From assembly GCA_051382295.1 (NCBI GenBank), contig JBBCAW010000021.1, positions 83,085 to 147,084 of the forward strand: a stretch of DNA of 64,000 bases, in the 5' to 3' direction. The notes under the pieces are model-generated. The model was not told where the DNA came from, ran no database searches, and saw nothing but the letters and a program-made list of their open reading frames with translations. How positions within the stretch are numbered: the first letter of the stretch is position 1; the number at the start of each line of letters is the position of its first letter. Source of the stretch: Bdellovibrionota bacterium FG-1. GTDB lineage: Bacteria; Bdellovibrionota; UBA1018. This document shows, piece after piece, positions 28,474 through 37,320 of the stretch. A program made the translations under genes and the position numbers.

Positions 28474-29515
28474 GGGCCCCTTGGGGACCCGTCACATAGA
28501 TTGCAGTATCGGACATCGCGATGATCGCTTGATTCCGTTTTTTCGACAAAGCGATCACTGAATTAAAGCCACCCGTGGCGCCATTGTGCCAGACAACATC
28601 GCTCTCCAGATCGATCAACCAGTTCATTCCTATCGATAGTTCGGGGCTCACTGAGAAAAGGGGTTTTTGCGAGAGTTTCACAGTTTCTGCGAGCGGGGTC
28701 GACTCAGGGATGAGATTTGCGCGCGCATACTTAACCATATCATCGATGGTTGAGCGAATTCCGCCCGCCGGGCTTAGGGCGGTAGCGTAAAGATCCCAGC
28801 GAGGAACCGCCGCTGCCGGATTATTGTCGATGATGATAGATCCTTGCGAAAACCGACCAAGCTCATTTTCAGGTACTTGAAAATAGCTTCCCGTCATCGC
28901 AAGAGGGGCAAAGATAGTTCGCTTCACCAAGTCTTCATACGAGGACCCGGTATTTTCACTCAATATCAAGCCTAAGAGCGATGCGCCTAGATTCGAATAG
29001 CTCCAAGATTCGCCCGGTTTGGATACCAGGGGTGTTTTTGAATAGAGGGTCTTAAAGACAGGAATCGTAAGCCCTTCAAACGGAAACAAGGGATTGGTTA
29101 CTCGAAAGTCGGGAAACAGTCCGCCCGTAATGCCAGAGGTATGAGTCGTGAGATGTTGGTACGTGATCAACGCTCCCGGCTTTTGGTAGGCATCGGGGAT
29201 CGAATCGGATAACCGAAGCGAGCCTGCAAGGATGGACTGGGCCAATAAATTTGCCGTAAACGTCTTGGTGATTGAGCCGATCTCAAAAAGTTGATTTTTT
29301 GTTGCCGCGCCGAACGTCATGATCCTCGTATCGGTGCCATCGAGGACCGCAACCGCGATGCCGTTCCGATTAGTCATGCCCCGATAACCACTTTCAATAC
29401 AGTTTTGAACTGAAGAGAGGTCTCCGGCGCCTGCGATATTCGTTAATAAAAGGAAGAAGAGAAGCCATATAAAGCGGGAGTACTTTGAAAACATAGAGCG
29501 CTCTATTACACGCAT
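28424..29515 (-). CDS. Serine hydrolase, class C beta-lactamase-like
   Basis: FEIGSITK (SxxK), YSN, HNGATGG. Confidence 0.9.
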   Translation of the reverse strand: MRVIERSMFSKYSRFIWLLFFLLLTNIAGAGDLSSVQNCIESGYRGMTNRNGIAVAVLDGTDTRIMTFGAATKNQLFEIGSITKTFTANLLAQSILAGSLRLSDSIPDAYQKPGALITYQHLTTHTSGITGGLFPDFRVTNPLFPFEGLTIPVFKTLYSKTPLVSKPGESWSYSNLGASLLGLILSENTGSSYEDLVKRTIFAPLAMTGSYFQVPENELGRFSQGSIIIDNNPAAAVPRWDLYATALSPAGGIRSTIDDMVKYARANLIPESTPLAETVKLSQKPLFSVSPELSIGMNWLIDLESDVVWHNGATGGFNSVIALSKKRNQAIIAMSDTAIYVTGPQGALSIEPSFQNIALGCLK

Positions 29516-29577
29516 TATTAAGGTGCGTCAAATCAGAAAATGCAGAAATCACAACTTATTTACTGCAGAAAAAAAGT

Positions 29578-29632
29578 TGGTGCTCGCGGAGAGACTCGAA
29601 CTCACACGCCTTACGGCACTGGTTCCTAAGAC
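29578..29632 (-). repeat. Displaced 3' half of tRNA-Leu (att direct repeat)
   Basis: Matches 37166-37220; 27-bp identical core 29606-29632 = 37194-37220; similarity ends just past the anticodon loop. Confidence 0.9.
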
Positions 29633-29865
29633 TCGCTTAGCGTGATCACCAATGTTAAATATAGATACGATAAATAGTGGAAACTAATGACTAAAAAGAA
29701 TCAGCTCCTCTTTGTTTTTGCTCCATTTGCTCAAATTCTTCGACGTCGCTAAGTCTTTGAAATCACTTACACCATACGTTGAACCTACCAACAGTTTGGT
29801 ACGGATTAGGTACGGTCGCGGCGCATTAAAAATGAATGATGAATCATAAAAAAATAATCGAGAAT

Positions 29866-30222
29866 TCAGCCAGTCTTTAAGCGATCAAAAACACCAGCGT
29901 CCGCCATTTTCTTAACCTCCTGAACGCTCACCAACTGTCCGGTGACATAGAGATGGATCACGTGATTGATCAGGGTCTGGTAGGGCATACCGGCTTTCTC
30001 AGCGAGCTCCCGCACGGCCTCCATATCGCCTTCGTTCATACGGATATTGGCCCGTGCGCTCTTTAACTCCCGTAAAGTTTCAGTTGCCATCGCTTTGACC
30101 TGAGCCTGCTCCTCGGTCGTGGGCTTCTTCATTTTTTTGTAGTCGATGGCATTTTCAATACTTTGCTCGTAGGCGTCGAGTTTCACTTTTTCTGGATTGT
30201 ACTTCTTCTTCTTCTTTTCCAT
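29866..30222 (-). CDS. BrnA/CopG-like antitoxin
   Basis: ARANIRMNEGDMEAVRELAEKAGMPYQTLI, ribbon-helix-helix type, downstream of the toxin. Confidence 0.8.
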   Translation of the reverse strand: MEKKKKKYNPEKVKLDAYEQSIENAIDYKKMKKPTTEEQAQVKAMATETLRELKSARANIRMNEGDMEAVRELAEKAGMPYQTLINHVIHLYVTGQLVSVQEVKKMADAGVFDRLKTG

Positions 30223-30225
30223 AAA

Positions 30226-30471
30226 TCACCTCTTGTACTTTCGAGCCGGATAAACAGTGATGAGCCAATGGACAGTGCCGCGAACTTCGTAGGGGATCAC
30301 ATGAGGATAGCCTCCGATCTCCACCACATAAATTCGCTGGCCTGCATGGACTGGGTTCACATCGTTGAGAAGTAATGGGTGGGTGGCGAGCACCTGCACA
30401 GCCTCCTCAAAAGAAGGACGCCCTTCACTCTTCAGTTCTTCATTTTTCTTTTCATCCCAAGCGAAAGCCAT
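30226..30471 (-). CDS. BrnT-like toxin
   Basis: FAWDEKKN...SFEEA...LITVYPARK. Confidence 0.8.
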   Translation of the reverse strand: MAFAWDEKKNEELKSEGRPSFEEAVQVLATHPLLLNDVNPVHAGQRIYVVEIGGYPHVIPYEVRGTVHWLITVYPARKYKR

Positions 30472-30473
30472 TT

Positions 30474-30488
30474 GTGTACAATGTACAC
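30474..30488. promoter_or_regulatory. TA autoregulatory palindrome
   Basis: GTGTACA-A-TGTACAC 2 nt before the toxin ATG. Confidence 0.6.
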
Positions 30489-30595
30489 CAAGTTGACGTG
30501 CTTGTAAATGATCGGATAACTCGGCTCAACTATAGAGGAACTTCGCATGCGACGGCTCATGCCAATCATCCCGATGCTGAGTCAACTTTGAGAAT

Positions 30596-33208
30596 TCAGG
30601 TATACCGCTGGCTCTGGTTCAGGAGTGTCGCCGATGCTTGGGCCAAATATGAGGACTCAGCTTGGAGCAGCTTAAAACGCTGACTGAGCTCTCCGCTGCG
30701 CTTTAGCCCCACGATTTGATCGGGGGAGCAAACTGCGCTTCGTTGAACTTCATCATAAGCCTTCATCAGACGATCATCCAAGTCCGCAACGCGGGCAAGG
30801 TCACCAGCCGTCATCTCGGCTCTCATCTGAAGGCGATGATTGCGCTGGCTAGTGAGTGTTTTGCCGACTCCATCCAGGAGTGGCAGGTAGTCCGAAAGGG
30901 AATCTGGATCCGTCGGGTCATCGAGATTGACGTTGTCGAGCATCCTCAGAATGTTGCTGGCCTGTTGGACCGGCTTGAGTAGGTCATGGCAGTAGTTGCG
31001 CACTTTTGCGTAGTCGGTTTTCATCGCAACGGGGGCCTCGTCCGCTACGCTCGTGGCCGGTGTTACCTTCATTTCATCAAAGGGAGGATCCTTATCCCGT
31101 ATTCCCGTAAGCCACGTGTAGCGCTCTGGGTTGGCCGGTGCGAGCCCTGTGGCTAGGTAGATCTCCTTGAAGCCCATGGCTGAAATATCACGTGATGCTT
31201 CCTCGCCTTGAACGGGCTTACCGGTTGAGTCGTTGCCGAGGTAGGAGTCGATGTAGACGGGGGTTGACCGGCTCAGCAACTCAGCGGCCCTGAGAAACTC
31301 ATCCACAGACTTGAATGCTAGAAGCGAAAGACCTTTGCGCTTGGCGGCGGCCTTCCATGTGAGGTGTATCAAATCATCATCGTCGATGAGGATGGCATCG
31401 GGGGTTGTCGTTTCCGGTGCTGGGGCGGGAGCGGCCGCCGTGACTGCGATGGGCACAATAGCCGCGTTACCCTTCGGGATGAGCGGTACTCGGAGCTTGT
31501 TACAGCGCTCTCGTATCGTGGGTTCTTCGTATCGACTGGTCACCAAAATACTCTGGCTAGCAATTCCGAGCTTCTCAATTAGGTCTAAACCTGTTTCGTC
31601 AAATCCAAGTAGCTCATAGTCACAAAGATACTGAACCAACTTAAGGCCCTTCTGCATCGACTCCGCATGCCACCTGCAAATGTCGGAGGGGGTCGAGAGG
31701 TGAATAAGTGTAATGCCTTGTTCGAGCAACTTCTCGGAGTCTGCCCTTCCCTGCCAAATCCGGTGAATACTGTCGTCGTCGTCGAGAACCACGACGGTTG
31801 AGTTGGGCTGTAGCTTGAGCTCTGCAACGAACCACTCGGGGGGGCTGGTCCGTGGAAGGGTGATGGTCACTGTCGTGCCCTCGCCCACTTGAGAGGTCAT
31901 CACTAGGCTGCCACCCCAGGCTTCGCATTGGGTGCGCGCGTGATACAGTCCAAGCCCGTTTCCGTCAGTTTTGCCGTGGGTTTCACCCTGACGCCCAAGC
32001 TTCGCCAAAATTTCAGGCGGGATTCCTTTGCCGGTATCCCTCACCTTGATCACGACTTCGGCATCTCCCCCGTTCAGGGTTACAAAGACCTGGCCAGAGT
32101 CAGGGAGTGCTTCTACGGCATTATTGATGAGGTTGGACACCATTCGCTTGAACTCACCGGTCTGAATGGAAGCAAATCGGCCATAACTGCGCCGCGTGTC
32201 TTCAAACTCGATATTGACTCCGAGCTTGGGCCGAAATTGCATGCGCTTCTCACTCACAATGCCGTCCAGGATTGCGGAGAGCAGTTGAATGGTTCTTGGT
32301 TCAGCCGTAGTGGTAGTATTGCCGCTCGCAGATTCTTGGTTAACTTTGATTGCGCGATTCCTTTCGAGCAATGTATTTGCAATGTCCCGGATACGGCCAA
32401 CGGCGCTGCGGACGATCAGGCGGGTTTCTTCAGGAAGCTTTGAGAATTCTTTTTCTGCCATGGTGAGGGCGGAGAGCGGGGATCGGATGTCGTGGGCGAC
32501 TTGGGAGGCGAGCTGCGCGATGGCCTCATGAGCGACTTTTTCATTTTTAGTTGTTTGCAGATCAGCGATTGACTTTAAAAGCGCTTCGGCAATGGGGCGG
32601 ATCTCCACGGGCAAAGTCATCAGACTTTGAACACTGCCCTCCTGAACGGTCGTCAACACAGCATCAGCTAAGGATCGGCGCACGGATTGTTCCCGGTTGA
32701 TCAGACTTTTCATCGCAAGCCAAAGAACTCCACCTGTAAAAGTAAACGAGGTAAGAATAAGGAGGCTGAGCAAAATGGCGGGCTCTAAAGATACACTGGT
32801 TACAACGGTGGCCGCGATCTCTGAACCATTAGAAACCGGTACTTGCACTCGAATCGACGTTAGTCTGGATAGCCAAGAAGCCACCTTTGTCAGCCCTTCA
32901 CAAGTTTGATCCCTTTCCGACTGCCAGCAGATTTGGGTGTTAAAAAATCCTTGGCTCAAATCACGAGCGAGGCCTTCAAGAAACTGTCGATGCTGGCCTG
33001 AGACAATGGACTCTTGGTGCGACTCAACAATTGCTTCAAATGAGGCACGGCGACTCTCTACTAGCTTCATAACCCCAAATAGGGACACAAGCGCCCACAT
33101 TAAAGTCATGGCGGTCACCACCAAATAAAGAGAACGCAGACCGAAGGCTCGAAACTCACTCAAAATATGAGAGTCGTTGGGTGATGAGGGTAGGTCTTTG
33201 GCTTCCAT
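30596..33208 (-). CDS. Hybrid sensor histidine kinase with two receiver-like domains
   Basis: Two TM helices with short periplasmic loop, AHDIRSPL, NLINNA, DTGKG, GNGLGL, VLDDD and LIDDD receivers. Confidence 0.9.
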   Translation of the reverse strand: MEAKDLPSSPNDSHILSEFRAFGLRSLYLVVTAMTLMWALVSLFGVMKLVESRRASFEAIVESHQESIVSGQHRQFLEGLARDLSQGFFNTQICWQSERDQTCEGLTKVASWLSRLTSIRVQVPVSNGSEIAATVVTSVSLEPAILLSLLILTSFTFTGGVLWLAMKSLINREQSVRRSLADAVLTTVQEGSVQSLMTLPVEIRPIAEALLKSIADLQTTKNEKVAHEAIAQLASQVAHDIRSPLSALTMAEKEFSKLPEETRLIVRSAVGRIRDIANTLLERNRAIKVNQESASGNTTTTAEPRTIQLLSAILDGIVSEKRMQFRPKLGVNIEFEDTRRSYGRFASIQTGEFKRMVSNLINNAVEALPDSGQVFVTLNGGDAEVVIKVRDTGKGIPPEILAKLGRQGETHGKTDGNGLGLYHARTQCEAWGGSLVMTSQVGEGTTVTITLPRTSPPEWFVAELKLQPNSTVVVLDDDDSIHRIWQGRADSEKLLEQGITLIHLSTPSDICRWHAESMQKGLKLVQYLCDYELLGFDETGLDLIEKLGIASQSILVTSRYEEPTIRERCNKLRVPLIPKGNAAIVPIAVTAAAPAPAPETTTPDAILIDDDDLIHLTWKAAAKRKGLSLLAFKSVDEFLRAAELLSRSTPVYIDSYLGNDSTGKPVQGEEASRDISAMGFKEIYLATGLAPANPERYTWLTGIRDKDPPFDEMKVTPATSVADEAPVAMKTDYAKVRNYCHDLLKPVQQASNILRMLDNVNLDDPTDPDSLSDYLPLLDGVGKTLTSQRNHRLQMRAEMTAGDLARVADLDDRLMKAYDEVQRSAVCSPDQIVGLKRSGELSQRFKLLQAESSYLAQASATLLNQSQRYT

Positions 33209-33293
33209 AAAATGATTAATGCCACTCTTGACGCATTGTGTCAACAGTGGTATGAAGACGCGGTTCGTTCTAAACTAAAAAGAGGGTATTTTT

Positions 33294-33464
33294 ATGATGA
33301 AAATTCGATTGCTTCTCAGTTTGGTCCTCTCTGCTTTTGCTTTGATGATGGTTCAAGGGCTCGCAAAAAGCACAACCATGATCGCTAAGATTTCAGGAAA
33401 GAATGCAGTTATGCTTGCCGGAGAAGGGCATGGCGGCGATACGGGCGGCTGGGGTAAAGGTTGA
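33294..33464 (+). CDS. 56-aa secreted peptide (candidate RiPP/pheromone precursor), absent from the ORF track
   Basis: AGAGGG RBS; MMKIRLLLSLVLSAFALMMVQGLAKSTTMIAKISGKNAVMLAGEGHGGDTGGWGKG*. Confidence 0.7.
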   Translation: MMKIRLLLSLVLSAFALMMVQGLAKSTTMIAKISGKNAVMLAGEGHGGDTGGWGKG

Positions 33465-33492
33465 TCGAATTTTGGGCACTATTGATAGGAAA

Positions 33493-35043
33493 GTGTATCT
33501 TGGCCGTATTCAATTTTGGGCATGTCTCATCGCCATGTCTCTAGGGGTAGGAGCGCCAGTGATTAGTCAATCAACTGATTTAACAGTTTCTCCTGGGAAA
33601 ATTAAAACCCTCACTGGATCGTTAAATGGCGCACCTTTCATTTTGGATCCGGCCAAGATTTTGGATAGTTCCCAGTGGCATACACTGATTAACTTGGGCG
33701 TCACATTGGTTCGTCACGATGCAAGTGGAAGACTTGTTGGAGAGGCGGCCAAATCTTGGACTGTCTCTTCAGACTTCAAAACCTTTACCTTTGAATTGAG
33801 GCGGGACATCAAAGACTCCCAAGGGGCCGTTCTTGACTCATCTGACTGGAAGGCTTCATTTACCCACTTATTACGATCGGGCGGAAGCACTCACAGTTTT
33901 GTCTCTGAGTTTTTGAATGAGGCTGGCATCGAGACTCCCTCGTCCTATAAATTACAACTCCAACTCAAAAAACCTTATCAAACTTTTTTGCAACGCCTCA
34001 CTACACCCGAGTTTATTCTCGTGCCTAAACGTTCAATCACTCCTGCCAACGTTGTGGAGCTATCCGTTTCCAGCGGCGATTACTTCGTAGAGCGGTTAAC
34101 CGATTCTCCCCGCAAATGCGTACTTCGAGCTAACCGATTTAACCACCATTATTGCGCAGAGCAAGCCGAGCAGGTTGTCCTCGAGCCCATCGCGACATCG
34201 AATAAAGAGGCGTTTGATAAACTTGCTAGTGACACGTGGCAGTTTTATATTGGAACAGTTCTTCCGACGGACCCTACTTTTCAAGAGTTTAAGAAACAAT
34301 TGGATACGGGCAAGCTCCATGCGATTCCCGTCGCGCCAAGTTCAATCGCCGTGTTGATTCTTCAGGATTCAAAACGCCTCATCACCAATAGCCAACGTTT
34401 AGCCCTGGCCAAACTTCTGGGGGAAAGGGCGGCAAAAGATTTTTCGTCGCTTTCCGCAAAATTCGCGCATCAATTGTATCCCCATGGATTTGTGGGAGCA
34501 CTCAGTCCACAGCGTGAACAAGAGATTTTTGAGCAAATTCAAAAAGACCCTACGTCGAGTAAAGAGCACCTTCCTAAAAAACTCATCGGTTATGAGGCTG
34601 CCGTTAGCTCCATCACGGGGGTGGCCCATTGGGTAAAGGAGACGTTAAAAAATGCCGGAGTTGAAGTTGAAACTCATCCGGCAACGGCTAAAGAGTATAT
34701 CGGTCATCAAAAAGAAATCGACCATGACTATCTGGCCTTCACCACTGGCCTCAACTCAAAGGATCCTGCAGGAAGCCTTCTCTATCTGATCAGTCCCAAA
34801 GACGGGATCGTTCCGGACCCGACGGGGGAACTCAATCGCCTGCTATCCGAAGCGGTGCAAGCAGACCCAGCAAAACGCACCGAACTCCTTCATAAAATAT
34901 CTGAGGAATTGGTCTTAAGTGGACGAATTATTCCGATCATGCATTACGGCACCCAAATTTTATCCTCGTCATCCGTGGACGCGCGGCCTCCCACTGACTT
35001 TGACGACGAGTTGAGGTTGGCAGACATTCGATGGAAGAAATAA
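33493..35043 (+). CDS. Family 5 (OppA/DppA-like) extracellular solute-binding protein, orphan; start uncertain
   Basis: AKSWTVSSDFKTFTFELR signature, SGDYFV; no permease or ATPase genes nearby. Confidence 0.8.
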   Translation: MYLGRIQFWACLIAMSLGVGAPVISQSTDLTVSPGKIKTLTGSLNGAPFILDPAKILDSSQWHTLINLGVTLVRHDASGRLVGEAAKSWTVSSDFKTFTFELRRDIKDSQGAVLDSSDWKASFTHLLRSGGSTHSFVSEFLNEAGIETPSSYKLQLQLKKPYQTFLQRLTTPEFILVPKRSITPANVVELSVSSGDYFVERLTDSPRKCVLRANRFNHHYCAEQAEQVVLEPIATSNKEAFDKLASDTWQFYIGTVLPTDPTFQEFKKQLDTGKLHAIPVAPSSIAVLILQDSKRLITNSQRLALAKLLGERAAKDFSSLSAKFAHQLYPHGFVGALSPQREQEIFEQIQKDPTSSKEHLPKKLIGYEAAVSSITGVAHWVKETLKNAGVEVETHPATAKEYIGHQKEIDHDYLAFTTGLNSKDPAGSLLYLISPKDGIVPDPTGELNRLLSEAVQADPAKRTELLHKISEELVLSGRIIPIMHYGTQILSSSSVDARPPTDFDDELRLADIRWKK

Positions 35044-35894
35044 AGTCGCTCGACGTTCCTCGCCTTCTTGGGCGCTCTCAGCAAAGGCTTCAGGTACCCC
35101 TACTTCCGCTTTGGACCCTTGCCATGGCGAAGGTGCGAGAACACACAAACACGTCAACGGGGACCGGGTTTGATCGCGAACCGAAGGTCGCCGCCGCAAA
35201 AGCATACTCAGAGGCCTTGGAGCGCTATGTTTATGAGTTGTGGCAAACGACCGGCGTGTCCCCATTCTCAGGCATGGATATACCCTGCCCTGATTCTACT
35301 ACTGGAATGGCGGCTCATTTGATTCCGGAGTTGTCCGCAAAATGCTCTTATTGGGAATGGAAAGAGCGGGCGCTCCTTTTGAAGGCCAGTTGTGGCCTTT
35401 ACAAAATGAATTTAGTACAGCCCCCAAAGTTAGGAAAAATTTTCAACTTACTTTGTAAAGGATTGATTGAGTCAATCGAATGCATGGTGGGAACCGATAC
35501 GGAGCCGCTTGCTTTTGTGGCGATTACTCTCGCGGCAGGAGGCGTAATTTTTGGATCGGCCGTAAGATCGAGTGCAAATGATGCCGTATTTTCGGCGCTG
35601 GTTGAGTGTCTCAGAAAGACCGCTTTTGTTAAATATTGGCGTTCCGAGAGTTTCGCGTTAGAGGGGCCCCCACGTTTTGTCCAAACCGTGCGCCATTGGC
35701 TTTCTGGGCAAGGAGTGGCCTCGGCTTTTGGATTTCAAGAAAAGGCTCTAGGCGGTCACAATGATGGAATTCCAATTCAATTTCGGCAGGAGTGCTCGTC
35801 CATCATTCGAGTCGGAATTCACACCGTGAGTTTTTATTCTGATCCGGCCGACGAACTGCCCAAACTAGGGGATCTCTCGGTTCCGTTGCTTTAA
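35031..35894 (+). CDS. Compact YcaO-like protein
   Basis: GTG...AAAKAYSEALER, STTGMAAH, EWKER, ALVE correspond to YcaO ATP-binding motifs; Pro-containing C-terminus. Confidence 0.65.
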   Translation: MEEIKSLDVPRLLGRSQQRLQVPLLPLWTLAMAKVREHTNTSTGTGFDREPKVAAAKAYSEALERYVYELWQTTGVSPFSGMDIPCPDSTTGMAAHLIPELSAKCSYWEWKERALLLKASCGLYKMNLVQPPKLGKIFNLLCKGLIESIECMVGTDTEPLAFVAITLAAGGVIFGSAVRSSANDAVFSALVECLRKTAFVKYWRSESFALEGPPRFVQTVRHWLSGQGVASAFGFQEKALGGHNDGIPIQFRQECSSIIRVGIHTVSFYSDPADELPKLGDLSVPLL

Positions 35895-36004
35895 TTGAGT
35901 GGGGTAAAGTGGTCACTTAAGCCCACGCTCAACCCCAGGCAAAATTCTCCACTCTCCAGGCATAAGCTCCTTGAGCGCGAATCACCGCACTCAGAAAGGA
36001 ACTT

Positions 36005-36175
36005 ATGCCGACTATTATTTCAGTGGCCTTTGCTAAAGGTGGGGTGTCCAAAACCACTTTGGCTTGGGCGTTATCTTCAATTCTTGGTCGTGAGCACCCA
36101 GTGCTTGCGGTTGATATGGACTCGCAGGGAAGCCTGACTGCAAAATCTTTTCCGTCCTCAGTACCCATACGTTAG
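36005..36175 (+). pseudogene. parA: Truncated parA (56 codons)
   Basis: MPTIISVAFAKGGVSKTTLAWAL...VLAVDMDSQGSLT then stop; aligns with the N-terminus of the 62834-63571 ParA. Confidence 0.8.
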
Positions 36176-36276
36176 GTGTACCGACTTGAAAAACTTGCAT
36201 GATGCCTTCAGGTATAATGTAAGCATCACATAATTTAGTTATATAAAAATTTAGGGATTAATCGAGAAAGGCCCAC

Positions 36277-36561
36277 ATGAGAGTCGGTGTATTAGTTATA
36301 CTTTTCGTGACGTTTACCATTTTGCAGAACTACGCTCCTGCCGATCAATTCGATGATTTGGAAACAAAACAGAAGATAGCTGAAAAAGGCGACCCTTTCG
36401 CTAATCGATTCGCAAAATGCATAGCCCGCACTCAGGATGGCACGGAATTATCTACAAACTGGGAGTTTTCCGGAGGAATTCACAGTTATTTACAAAAGAG
36501 ACTCGGGATGGTCTTCTCTGGAGATTACAAGGTGATTATCTTCGACCACATCATGAAGTAA
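36277..36561 (+). CDS. Small exported hypothetical protein
   Basis: GAAAGG RBS, hydrophobic N-terminus; 3' end overlaps the convergent HD fragment. Confidence 0.4.
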   Translation: MRVGVLVILFVTFTILQNYAPADQFDDLETKQKIAEKGDPFANRFAKCIARTQDGTELSTNWEFSGGIHSYLQKRLGMVFSGDYKVIIFDHIMK

Positions 36562-36870
36562 CGCGCCGATCACTGCATCCGGTGGCCCTCCTAATTCAAA
36601 AACAATCGCCGCCACAGCCATGGGATGCGATAGGTAAGGGACGCTTGTGCCAGTTCGAACTTGGCCGCTATGCTTCTTGGCAGCGTAGGCTAGCGCCTTC
36701 CCGATCATCTCAGGGAATTCCTTTGGCCATGTAGGGGGGGTAGGAAGGGTAGCCGAATCCTCGGAACGACCGTGCTCGCTCCAAAAGTCAAAGGCCGCCT
36801 CATCTTTGGGGGCTATTCGCTGACATAGAATAGGCTTTTTGTTTTTCGGAGTGGGTTTTGATTTCGACAC
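36490..36870 (-). pseudogene. Truncated HD-domain (RelA/SpoT hydrolase, Mesh1-like) gene
   Basis: ALAYAAKKHSGQVR...PYLSHP...ALLHDVVED; similarity stops right after the HD motif. Confidence 0.7.
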
Positions 36871-37165
36871 GGGATATTTCCATTTCTGAGGAGAAATAGG
36901 TTCCCACCTCTAGGATTACAGAAACCGGCGGCTGAACTCAAGTTCATCTCAGCCGTTAGCCACCTCGGCAATCGTTGCGCATTGCGACGATTTTCCGTAC
37001 CTATTACGTACCTAGAGCAACGTATTTTGAACGTATGTCCGACGTAGGTCGAACGTAGCTCCAACTTCAAAAAGTGAAACTCATGGAAATTACCCATGAG
37101 ATTTATTCTCAATGAAATAAAGGGCTTGGTCTTTCAAGTTGTTGGGATTGTACTACTTTAAAAGT

Positions 37166-37250
37166 TGGTGCTCGCGACAAGACTCGAACTTGTACGCCTT
37201 ACGGCACTGGTTCCTAAGACCAGCGTGTCTACCAATTCCACCACGCGAGC
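37166..37250 (-). tRNA. tRNA-Leu(TAG)
   Basis: 85 nt, GCTCGCG/CGCGAGC acceptor, anticodon arm CTGGT-CTTAGGA-ACCAG, long variable arm, CCA. Confidence 0.97.
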
Positions 37251-37320
37251 ACTGTTTGCTTTACTAAACCATTTCGGTGATTTGCGCAACATTTGCCTTT
37301 TCTAATGCCTCCTTTTTTGG

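Larger units (their letters stand above)
29578..37220. mobile_element. tRNA-Leu-integrated islet (~7.6 kb) with no integrase of its own
   Basis: Flanking att repeats, arm-like repeats inside both ends, TA module, truncated parA and HD genes. Confidence 0.8.

Noticed and set aside
33403..33492. ORF-track start of the SBP at 33403
   Set aside because: It overlaps the RBS-supported 56-aa peptide ORF and pushes the signal peptide away from the N-terminus
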